Assembly (NCBI GenBank): GCA_028277985.1
Contig: JANQFG010000265.1
Location: forward strand, 6,832 to 70,831
Length of the DNA stretch: 64,000 nt
Origin: a bacterium
GTDB lineage: Bacteria; Desulfobacterota; DSWW01
Direction of reading: 5' to 3'
The position numbers were made by a program, and so were the translations under genes. Every line of letters starts with the position of its first letter. The stretch's first letter is position 1. This document shows positions 56,275 through 64,000 of this stretch, piece after piece. The notes beneath the pieces were generated by a model. That model was not told the DNA's origin. It saw only the letters and a program-made list of their open reading frames with translations, and did no database searches.

Positions 56275-56417
56275 TAGAGCATAGGAAACTTGACCGATGG
56301 GACAATTTTTTCGTTGACCCCCCAATGAAACGGCATGCCGGGGCAAGGGGGTTGGCGAATCATTCGGGGTCCGAGGGTTTCAAATCCCCAATGAGCAGCC
56401 AGGAAGGAGTCGTCACC

Positions 56418-59339
56418 ATGGAAGGACAGATCTTGAACGAGCTGAAGGCGATCGTTGGAGAGGAGAACGTTTCAGAGGGGACCGCCGGAACCCAGCGATT
56501 CCTGCGCCCGGGCTGGGAAACGCCTTTCCTGGTGAGCGTGCGTCCGAAGAAAGACGAAGAAGTGCAAAAGATCGTGGATCTGGCTCGGGAGAATCGAACA
56601 CCGATCGTGACGACGAATGATCGTTATCTCCTTGAAGAAGACCTGGAGAAGGAAGGCATCTTCCTGGATTTTGAATGCATGAATGAGATCGAGGTCATAG
56701 ACGGCTACACGTTGATGGCCCACGTTCAAAGGGGTGTAACCTGGCATCAGCTCAATGAAGCTCTGAGGACCCATGGAATGAAAGCGGCCGCCCCTGTTGC
56801 GGCCAATTCCAATTCCGTGGCGGAATCGCATGCGGCCCGGGTCGTCGGCAAGGCGTCGTCAAAATACTGGGACTATCCTGCCACTAACCTGAGATTGGTG
56901 CTGGCCAATGGTCGGGTTCATCGGACCGGGACCCATGGGTTCAGCGACGAGTCGGACGGCAGAAACGAGGGGGGGCCGAACCTGTCCAACTGGTTCTTCG
57001 GCGCCGATGATGTTCTTGGAGTCATGACCAGGGCCTCCATCATGCTCTGGCCTGTACGTGAGAGTCGTACTTGCCTGGTGTACGGATTCGAAGATGTCGA
57101 TGAAATGCGAAGTGCCATGAAGAATGTTCCCCGCACGGAGCTGGGGGTAGAGTTTGTGGGCATGAACCGGGTCTCCATGGCGAACCTGCTGGGCGGAGAC
57201 CCCCAAGATTATCCTGCCTGGAGCCTGACGATCGGTTTTGACGGACGGGCCAAGCGAGTCGAACACAATACGGATCGAGTGGGCAAGCTCATGCAGAAGT
57301 TCGAGTGCCGGCAGGAAGACCGGCTCGTCGCGCCCATGACCGAGCAGCTGGATCTGCCCTGGATGGAAGCGAGTGACTACCACACGGGTTTCTATGCCCT
57401 CTTCTCCAAGATGAAGGCGCTTGACGCCGAGGTTGACAAGTCATCGGCTGCGGCGGGCCTTTCACCCGAGAAGGTAGGGAAGATCTATTCTTCTTTCGAC
57501 CACGGAAGAGCCGTGTACGCCGTTTATGACTGGTTTTCCGATGATCCGGCCCATGGTTCTGCCATGGACGCTATGAATATGTCCCTGGCAGATCTGGGCG
57601 CTTTCTTTGATCGTTCCCATGGAGAGCTCGGGCGTAAGATCTATACGAGCATTCCGAATCACTTGCCGGTGCTGAAACACATAAAGAAGATGCTCGATCC
57701 CGAAAATGTGATGAATCCGGGTCGCATCATGAAGGAGGAAGATCCGGAGTGGCAGCCCCTCGAGACCGGAAACGGCGAAATCGGATTGACGGTCTCCAAT
57801 ATAGAAGAGGTCAAGAACAAGCTGGCTGAATGTGTCGGCCAGGAGTGGGTGAGCAACAACCCGGTCGACCTGAGCGCCTACGGCCGGGATTTCACCATCT
57901 TCTCCGGTGAGCGACCGAACATTGCGGTTCTACCCCGGACCACCGAAGAGGTCCAGGCCGTTATCCGGACGGCTTATGAACATGGCATCCCGGTGGTTCC
58001 CCTGACTTCGGGATTCAATCATGGAGGCCTGGCCATTACCCGCAAGGGCGGCATCCTCATCGATCTCAAGCGTATGGCTGACCTGATGTCCTTTGACGAG
58101 GAGGCCATGTCCGTCTCGATAGGCCCTGGGATCCGGATGCGCTCGCTCTGGTGGGAATCGGTACGACGCAGAGCGTACGAAGATTTTCATTTGAAACCGA
58201 TTCTGCCGCTGACGCTGGGCAGTGTATCGCTCCTGTCGAACTATGTCTCCCGTGGAGGAGCCGGCTCCCTGTTCAAGTACGGGTTGAACCCCGAGTTGAC
58301 GGCCGGCATGACCTGGGTGCTGCCGAATGGCGAGGTGTTGAAGGTCGGTCCGAGCGCTGTGCCGAATGTGGGGAACCTTCCCCTCCACTTCACGCCGGGT
58401 CCGGATTTGTGCGGTATGTTCTTCAATGCGGACGGCATGTTGGGTGTTTGCACCGAGTTGACGGCAAAGCTCTATCCGGAGAAGGACAATGCCGCGGATT
58501 TCGAGGATTACGTGACTGCAGCCAACTATGATCCGGATTTTCATCATGCCTTCAGCCAGACAGTCAAGGCCATTCATGAAATCGGCCAGGAGAACATAAC
58601 CGACTTCATCTACAAGGCCCATCCCGGCCTCTTCGCCCTGGCAATGGCTGAAATGTTTGAAGAGGTGACCGTCTCGAGCGCTATCAACGTGGCCCCGCAA
58701 CATCCTGTCTCGTCGGTGGTCAGCGGGTATGATGAAGAAGAGCTGGAAATCAAGAAGGAGATCGTGGCCGAGATCGTCCAGAAATATGGGCTCATGGTGA
58801 TTGATCCCGCCATGTTCGGCGAAGGATTGGCGGAAGCGCAATCAACCGATACCACGAAGATGAGTCTCGGAATCAAGGACAACTATGTGGGAGCTTACAA
58901 GGGGGCGTTCCAGTGGACCGCCTGCAACCTGAGGATGGACAAGATTCCGGAATTCGCGCGGAGGTATGATCAGCTGGTGCAGAAATACTGGAAGACCTCT
59001 GATCCGAAGATTTCCGTGGAGCACGCCATGACCGGAACGGACATTCAGGGACCCCTTCCATTTGCACGGGCGGGAGGTATCGAGGTGGACTTCTGGTGGG
59101 ACCAGGGCAACCCGGAAGAGGTGAAAAGAGCAACCACCATGATGCACAAGACCCAGAAGCTCATGCTGGAATTCGGAGGGGCCCTCTTTCGAAACATGTT
59201 CGGCGCAGGTGAATACCATATGCCGCTCTGGGGCAAAGTAAGTGAGTACTACAATATCTTGAAGGACACGAGAAAGGCCTTTGATCCGGCCAACCTCATG
59301 CACCCGGACGTGTTGCCGTCTACGGACGACTATATCTAG
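56418..59339 (+). CDS. Internally duplicated VAO/PCMH-type FAD-binding oxidoreductase (paralog 3, 973 aa)
   Basis: ATG 56418 (SD AGGAAGGAG). Reads MEGQILNELKAIVGEENVSEG and is very similar to paralog 2 across long blocks. C-terminus reads HPDVLPSTDDYI. Confidence 0.85.
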   Translation: MEGQILNELKAIVGEENVSEGTAGTQRFLRPGWETPFLVSVRPKKDEEVQKIVDLARENRTPIVTTNDRYLLEEDLEKEGIFLDFECMNEIEVIDGYTLMAHVQRGVTWHQLNEALRTHGMKAAAPVAANSNSVAESHAARVVGKASSKYWDYPATNLRLVLANGRVHRTGTHGFSDESDGRNEGGPNLSNWFFGADDVLGVMTRASIMLWPVRESRTCLVYGFEDVDEMRSAMKNVPRTELGVEFVGMNRVSMANLLGGDPQDYPAWSLTIGFDGRAKRVEHNTDRVGKLMQKFECRQEDRLVAPMTEQLDLPWMEASDYHTGFYALFSKMKALDAEVDKSSAAAGLSPEKVGKIYSSFDHGRAVYAVYDWFSDDPAHGSAMDAMNMSLADLGAFFDRSHGELGRKIYTSIPNHLPVLKHIKKMLDPENVMNPGRIMKEEDPEWQPLETGNGEIGLTVSNIEEVKNKLAECVGQEWVSNNPVDLSAYGRDFTIFSGERPNIAVLPRTTEEVQAVIRTAYEHGIPVVPLTSGFNHGGLAITRKGGILIDLKRMADLMSFDEEAMSVSIGPGIRMRSLWWESVRRRAYEDFHLKPILPLTLGSVSLLSNYVSRGGAGSLFKYGLNPELTAGMTWVLPNGEVLKVGPSAVPNVGNLPLHFTPGPDLCGMFFNADGMLGVCTELTAKLYPEKDNAADFEDYVTAANYDPDFHHAFSQTVKAIHEIGQENITDFIYKAHPGLFALAMAEMFEEVTVSSAINVAPQHPVSSVVSGYDEEELEIKKEIVAEIVQKYGLMVIDPAMFGEGLAEAQSTDTTKMSLGIKDNYVGAYKGAFQWTACNLRMDKIPEFARRYDQLVQKYWKTSDPKISVEHAMTGTDIQGPLPFARAGGIEVDFWWDQGNPEEVKRATTMMHKTQKLMLEFGGALFRNMFGAGEYHMPLWGKVSEYYNILKDTRKAFDPANLMHPDVLPSTDDYI

Positions 59340-59532
59340 GGATCATCTTTGCGGTGGACGGCGTGCCTGAATACATCTGCTCGGTGCGTTCATCGTGACT
59401 CAGTGGTTTCACGGCCCCTGGGTCTCCAAAGACTCCCTGGCCGCGATTCGCTGAACCATCTCGAACAGAATCGGTGGACGGCAGGCTCTCGGTGCCGAAA
59501 AGCCATGGAAATCGAGCACCTACCTTCCTTTT

Positions 59533-59675
59533 CCTTCGGTATTCGGAAATTATAGGTTCCGTAACATGTGCGTGATCCCTGCCTACAGAATCCGTATATC
59601 TGATTCTATTGAGTTTAATTAATATATTGACATATAAAAGAAAATGGACCATCATGAGAATGACATGTCATTCTC
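59533..59675. promoter_or_regulatory. Regulatory module copy B, ending in the identical 20-bp palindrome (59656-59675)
   Basis: CCTTCGGTATTCGGAAATTATAGGTTCCGTAACAT at 59533-59567, AATATATTGACATATA around 59621-59636, and GAGAATGACATGTCATTCTC at 59656-59675, directly upstream of the TetR gene. Confidence 0.7.
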
Positions 59676-59699
59676 ATGAGCGTGAAAGGGATGGATAGG

Positions 59700-60335
59700 A
59701 TGAAGCCGGAATACAGACGAAAACAGATCATGGAGGTCGCAAAGAAGGTCTTTGCGGCGAACGGGTACCACAAGACGAATATCGAGATGATCTGCAAGAA
59801 GGCAGGGACCGGCAGGGGAACGATCTATCGTTATTTCAAGAACAAGGAAGCGATCTTCGCCGTAATCCTGGAAGAGAACCTCGAGGACATGAACCGGCAG
59901 ATGATCGATGGATATGAATTCAGATCGCTCCTCTTTGACACCAAGGAGGAACTGGTGAACGCCTATGTGGAGAGCCTGGAACGGCTCCTGACCTTCATAC
60001 TCGCAGATCGTGACTTCGCAAGGATCGCGCTGGATGTGTCATCCGGTGAAAGCAAACGATTTACACAGATCCGTCAAGAGTATGAACGGAAGAATATTTC
60101 CCTGATCAAGACGATGATGGACCAGTGGAAATGCAACGAGTTCGTGAGAGAGGACCTGGATACGGAGCTGGCGGCCATCCGGCTGAGTGGGGCCATGGAA
60201 AAGATCGCCAGGACCTATCTGTTCGAGAAGAAGAAGAAGTTTGACAAGCAGGAGATCCGGGCCCTGGCGGAGAAGAACGCGGAAATCGACCTTCACGGGA
60301 TGCTCGTGCCCGAGTGCCGGGCCTCCCACGGCTGA
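59700..60335 (+). CDS. TetR/AcrR-family transcriptional regulator
   Basis: Reads MKPEYRRKQIMEVAKKVFAANGYHKTNIEMICKKAGTGRGTIYRYFKNKEAIF, an HTH region. ATG 59676 abuts the palindrome, so I prefer ATG 59700, which lies 9 nt after GAAAGGG. Confidence 0.85.
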   Translation: MKPEYRRKQIMEVAKKVFAANGYHKTNIEMICKKAGTGRGTIYRYFKNKEAIFAVILEENLEDMNRQMIDGYEFRSLLFDTKEELVNAYVESLERLLTFILADRDFARIALDVSSGESKRFTQIRQEYERKNISLIKTMMDQWKCNEFVREDLDTELAAIRLSGAMEKIARTYLFEKKKKFDKQEIRALAEKNAEIDLHGMLVPECRASHG

Positions 60336-60368
60336 TCTCGACTCTCCAATCTTCAAGGAGACGGAACC

Positions 60369-61283
60369 ATGAGTTCAGATCCTCTCGATCAGCGCCCAAG
60401 AAGAACGCAAGCCAAACCGCCTCCGCCCAGGATCAAGCAGGACCTATGTACCGGCTGCGGGCTCTGCTCCTCTGTTTGTGTGGTGATGGAAAAACGGAAC
60501 CGGAAGGTGGTCATCACGAGGCCCGAACTCTGCATCCGTTGTGGCCATTGTGGATCGATCTGTCCGTCGCGTGCGATCGTTGGGCCGTCGGTGGAGCCAA
60601 AGCGACTGACGGATCGGGCCCGCGCCGTCGCACCCTCTGCTGCTTCCCTTCAGTTTCTTCTTCGATCCCGAAGGTCTGTCCGGCGATACAAGCGGAAACC
60701 GATCAGCAGGAAGGATATGGACAAGATACTCGAGGCCGGCAGGTATACGCCCACGGGCACGAACACCCAGGGCATCGAGTACATAGTGATCACGGACCCG
60801 AACAAGATAGCGGAGCTGCGAGAGATGACCATGCCGGCCGTGATCCGGCTGTTCGGTATGGCGGTGCGCGTCTCCAAGATCCCGGTCCTGTCCGATTTTC
60901 TCCTGGGCGACCAAGCAGCGGACAACTTCCAGAAGATCTACACGCCTGCACTCAAGGCGATTGATGCATATACCCAGCGAGGTGACGACAGGCTCTTCTA
61001 TCACGCGCCGGCCATCATGCTGGTGCACGGTGAGAAGCTGGATGATATGGCCTTTTCCTGCTCGGCGGCCCTGTTCAGCTGCTACCTGATGGCCCATACG
61101 CTGGGTGTCGGGTGTTGCCTGAACGGGTTTCTGGTTCTGGCGGCCAACCGCGACCCGAAGGTGAAGAAATGGCTGGGTATACCCAGACAGCACAAGTGCC
61201 ACGCTGCCATGACCCTGGGTTACCAGGATGTGAAGTACAACCACCTGGTCAAGCGAAACCCGGCCAGGGTCAGATGGATATGA
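60369..61283 (+). CDS. Ferredoxin (2x[4Fe-4S]) fused to nitroreductase-family flavoprotein
   Basis: Contains CTGCGLCSSVCV...CIRCGHCGSICP, then LLRSRRSVRRYKRKPISRKDMDKILEAGRYTPTGTNTQG. Confidence 0.8.
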   Translation: MSSDPLDQRPRRTQAKPPPPRIKQDLCTGCGLCSSVCVVMEKRNRKVVITRPELCIRCGHCGSICPSRAIVGPSVEPKRLTDRARAVAPSAASLQFLLRSRRSVRRYKRKPISRKDMDKILEAGRYTPTGTNTQGIEYIVITDPNKIAELREMTMPAVIRLFGMAVRVSKIPVLSDFLLGDQAADNFQKIYTPALKAIDAYTQRGDDRLFYHAPAIMLVHGEKLDDMAFSCSAALFSCYLMAHTLGVGCCLNGFLVLAANRDPKVKKWLGIPRQHKCHAAMTLGYQDVKYNHLVKRNPARVRWI

Positions 61284-61317
61284 AGGTTCTCGTATGACCC
61301 ATTGGGGGGCATGAGTC

Positions 61318-62655
61318 ATGGAAGAAGACAAAGATCTCGGGCGGGTGTTGGAGATTCACGAGGCACTGAGGGAAATATCCCGGCTCTGGGTCCAGGGCGA
61401 GGACTGGGAAGAGGCGGCGGCGGAGCGTCTGAGGGAGGAAGCCGTACTGCTGAACCACAGACGGTACTTCAGGAGCATTCCCGCCTATCGCGCGGTGGCG
61501 GAGGATGCGGGGTTGGGGGAGGATATTCCGGACACAGAGGTCATCAAGACCGATCTCATGTTCGCTACGGACATTTTCAAATCTTATGATCCGGTGCTCA
61601 TAGACAACGCAGAGTGGCAGGAGATGACAAGTTGGCTGAAAACCGTCTTCACCGGGGACCTGCCGGGCGATTATTCAGACGTGAAGAATCTCGAGGAATG
61701 GATTGAAAGGCTCACGGCAGCGGAACTCAATATCATGACCAGCAGCGGAACCTCGGGTCAGTACTCGTTCGTCCCACGGGACAACAACACCCGGATGGGC
61801 CTCATGATGAATTCCGCGCTCGTGTTTCAACCTTTTTTCGGGAAGGTTCTCGAGAACATATCCGAATACGACGCAGCGATCATGAATTTCAAGGGCGGTT
61901 CCGCCGGCGTCCAGGCTGCCAGCAACAGCATCGCCAACATCGTGCAGCACTCTTACTGTCTTTACGACATGGTCATGCCCGCTGACGCGGTGCGGATTCT
62001 TCAAAGAGGACCGAGAAACGACGAGGAAAGGACCTTCATCGACGAATTCGACCGGGTGATGACCAGGGAAAAGGATCAAAGGTACGAGGTGATGCTGGAC
62101 AACATCCGTGCCTCTCTGAAGAACGGGCAGAAGATCCTGATGCAGAGCGCCTGCTATCAGCTGAAGGAGCTCTGCAAGAAGGCGGTGGAGCAGGGGGGGC
62201 TGATCTTGCCTGAAGGAAGCATCCTCCTGTTTGGGGGAGGGTGGAAGACCTTCGAGGGCGAGAAGATGGAGAAGTCGGAGTTGATCGATTTGATCGAAGC
62301 GGCCTTCGGCTTGAAGGGAGAGAGTGCGGTCGAGGGCTACTCCATGATCGAGATGAACACGATGATGACCTGCTGCAGCCAGGCCAGATTTCACATCCCT
62401 CCGTTGATGGAGCCGATCGTTTTCGATGAAGATCTGACGCCCATAGACGGAACCGGTACGGCAGGGATATTCGGCTTTCTGGATCCCTTTGCCCTGTCCT
62501 ACCCGGGATTTCTCGTCTCCGGAGATGAAATCCGTCTCTGGCATGGGGACTGCCCGTGCGGGAGAAAGGGATATGCCATCGACGGGGAGATCCGGAGGGT
62601 GGCCGGGAAGGAAGTGAAAGGATGTGGAGGCATTATGGCTTCGGTGAAGGCATAG
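61318..62655 (+). CDS. LuxE/PaaK-like adenylate-forming acyl-protein/acyl-CoA synthetase
   Basis: Contains TSSGTSGQYSFVPRD, a P-loop-like AMP motif, and a C-terminal CPCGRKGYAIDGEIRRVAGKEVKGCG. It sits next to a LuxC-like gene. Confidence 0.55.
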   Translation: MEEDKDLGRVLEIHEALREISRLWVQGEDWEEAAAERLREEAVLLNHRRYFRSIPAYRAVAEDAGLGEDIPDTEVIKTDLMFATDIFKSYDPVLIDNAEWQEMTSWLKTVFTGDLPGDYSDVKNLEEWIERLTAAELNIMTSSGTSGQYSFVPRDNNTRMGLMMNSALVFQPFFGKVLENISEYDAAIMNFKGGSAGVQAASNSIANIVQHSYCLYDMVMPADAVRILQRGPRNDEERTFIDEFDRVMTREKDQRYEVMLDNIRASLKNGQKILMQSACYQLKELCKKAVEQGGLILPEGSILLFGGGWKTFEGEKMEKSELIDLIEAAFGLKGESAVEGYSMIEMNTMMTCCSQARFHIPPLMEPIVFDEDLTPIDGTGTAGIFGFLDPFALSYPGFLVSGDEIRLWHGDCPCGRKGYAIDGEIRRVAGKEVKGCGGIMASVKA

Positions 62656-62664
62656 CCGGGAGAC

Positions 62665-64000
62665 ATGACATTGTCCACCATTGAGGATCTTTGCCGGGAG
62701 CATGATCTCCTCGTTTTGGGGCAGGACGGTATCGTAAGGATCCCTTTCCTGGTGAAAGGGACCCTGCGGGTGCCCCCGGTGGTGGGAATGAGCAGAATCC
62801 AGGAGGCTTTTTCAGCCAAGGAAGGTGCGACCGGAAGACCTGCGAATGCAGTGACCACGGTCCGCCTGGAAGACGCACAGGTGCTCAGGGAGCCCGTGAT
62901 CGACCGGGACACCATGAGAGTGACGGACGAGTTCATCTATCAGGTTCTCCCGGTATTTGATCCGGAGGAGCTGATCGAACAGGATCTCGACCGCGTAGTA
63001 AACGAGCTCTATAATCTGCCCTTCGAGCATGTCTTGGACTTTCTGGGCAGGGTTTCCTCCGCCCTGTCATCTTGCCCGGAACGCCTGGAGGCCCTGCAGC
63101 AACTGTTCAGGCACACAGCGACCGTAGCAGACCTCTACATAGATTTCTCCTTTGCGAGCCTCGGGGTTCTGCTGAATCCGGAATCCGCCAGGGAGATGGT
63201 AGATCGTGAGCTCTCGAGTTTCGGCATCCAGGGCTCTCGTTTCATGGATTCCTGGGTAGAGGTTTCGGACAACAGCATGGGGGGGCTGTCTGAGGAGTTG
63301 TCGCCCACGGAAGCGCAGGAGACTTCCGGGGATTGCACGAGCCCGGAGAAGATGTATCTCAGAGCCATGCCGACCCGACAGCTGCATCTCACTGCAGGGA
63401 ACGCTCCGGCGATCCCCATTATCTCCACGGCAAGAGCCATCAGTCTCAAATCCCCTGCGGTCATTAAATCCCCTTACGGAGCCACGTTGGGGGGAGCGTT
63501 GGTGAGCCTGGCTGCTTGTGCCGTTGCGCCCGATCATCCGAGCGTCCGGAACCTTTCCATCGTCTACTGGCCGGGGGGAGACGAGAGAGTGGAAGACGTC
63601 TTTTTTCGTCCGAACGCCTTTGACAGGATCGTGGTATGGGGAGCCCCCGACGCAGTCGAAAGCGTGAAATCCCGTGCCATGTTCACGAAGCTCATCACCC
63701 TGAACCCCCGGTACGGAATGAGCTGGATCGGCAGGGAAGCGTTCGAGAGCGACGACTTCATGGAAGCTGCCAGACGTGGCGCCGTGGACACGATGATCTG
63801 GAATCAGAAGGCCTGCATCGCTTCCTCGGTGCACTACGTGGAAGGGGATGAAAATCAGGTCAGGGCGTATGCGCAGGCCCTTCAGAAGGAGCTCGCCGAA
63901 TGGGACCGGATTGCTCCGAATTTTCTCGACCCTGCGGCCCAGGGTCAGATCCGCAGGCTGCGTCGCGGGAAACTGCTCAATGCCGAATGGATGGTCAACA
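62665..64000 (+). CDS. LuxC-like acyl-CoA/acyl-protein reductase (aldehyde-forming), 3' end cut by window edge
   Basis: I translated by hand 445 codons from ATG 62665 and found no stop. The gene is absent from the ORF track because it has no stop in the window. Contains RQLHLTAGNAPAIPIISTARAISLKSPAVIKSPYG and NQKACIASSVHYVEG. Confidence 0.6.
   Translation, partial: MTLSTIEDLCREHDLLVLGQDGIVRIPFLVKGTLRVPPVVGMSRIQEAFSAKEGATGRPANAVTTVRLEDAQVLREPVIDRDTMRVTDEFIYQVLPVFDPEELIEQDLDRVVNELYNLPFEHVLDFLGRVSSALSSCPERLEALQQLFRHTATVADLYIDFSFASLGVLLNPESAREMVDRELSSFGIQGSRFMDSWVEVSDNSMGGLSEELSPTEAQETSGDCTSPEKMYLRAMPTRQLHLTAGNAPAIPIISTARAISLKSPAVIKSPYGATLGGALVSLAACAVAPDHPSVRNLSIVYWPGGDERVEDVFFRPNAFDRIVVWGAPDAVESVKSRAMFTKLITLNPRYGMSWIGREAFESDDFMEAARRGAVDTMIWNQKACIASSVHYVEGDENQVRAYAQALQKELAEWDRIAPNFLDPAAQGQIRRLRRGKLLNAEWMVN

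Noticed and set aside
56068-56346. A 92-aa minus-strand ORF in the divergent intergenic region.
   Set aside because: It spans the AT-rich promoter module and palindrome, has no SD, and its composition is odd. The region is better explained as regulatory DNA.
1-64000. A mobile genetic element or genomic-island boundary (integrase, transposase, tRNA target, flanking direct repeats).
   Set aside because: I found no integrase, transposase or tRNA gene in any frame. The duplicated 145-bp modules are promoter-like and are not terminal repeats of an element.

Overview
This is a GC-rich bacterial chromosomal segment, almost entirely coding, with about 45 genes. I saw no rRNA, tRNA, CRISPR array, transposase or integrase. 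AT-rich DNA is confined to a few intergenic promoter regions.

The window is dominated by a very dense island of flavin, Fe-S and Mo/W redox enzymes with heavy paralog expansion:
- Three tandem ~965-aa fusions of a CrtI/phytoene-desaturase-like flavoenzyme to a GltD-like 2x[4Fe-4S]/NAD(P)H module (15845-24691).
- Five further stand-alone CrtI-like genes and two geranylgeranyl-reductase-like or related flavoproteins.
- Three ~972-aa internally duplicated VAO/PCMH-type FAD-binding proteins (2002, 47846 minus strand, 56418).
- Two OYE/2,4-dienoyl-CoA-reductase-type Fe-S flavoproteins.
- A tungsten-type aldehyde:ferredoxin oxidoreductase with a polyferredoxin.
- A cytoplasmic Mo/W-bisPGD oxidoreductase.
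- A DUF35 + SCPx-type thiolase + SCP2 trio.
- An active/inactive SDR pair, a long acyl-CoA dehydrogenase and two NTF2/SnoaL-like proteins.
- An RND efflux pair embedded in the operon.
- MarR and TetR regulators.
- A ferredoxin-nitroreductase fusion and a LuxE/LuxC-like pair at the right edge.

A K+ channel, a CBS protein and a lactate-permease-family transporter (8.6-12.5 kb) interrupt the island.

The intergenic DNA carries recurrent cis-elements. These include a perfect 20-bp palindrome present twice inside a duplicated ~145-bp promoter module, related TGAC-N2-GTCA sites, and two near-identical TTGACAAT...TACGAAAWTGGTA promoters. There are also AT-rich TAWTCGNAA direct repeats and unusual heptamer and hexamer micro-repeat arrays plus a 21-bp perfect inverted repeat between operon genes.

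My interpretation is inference only: an undescribed, probably anaerobic, pathway for reductive or oxidative processing of a lipophilic unsaturated or polycyclic substrate (isoprenoid/steroid-like, or a polycyclic acyl-CoA). The organism is not identifiable from the sequence alone. All family calls come from reading motifs in the translations, not from database searches.
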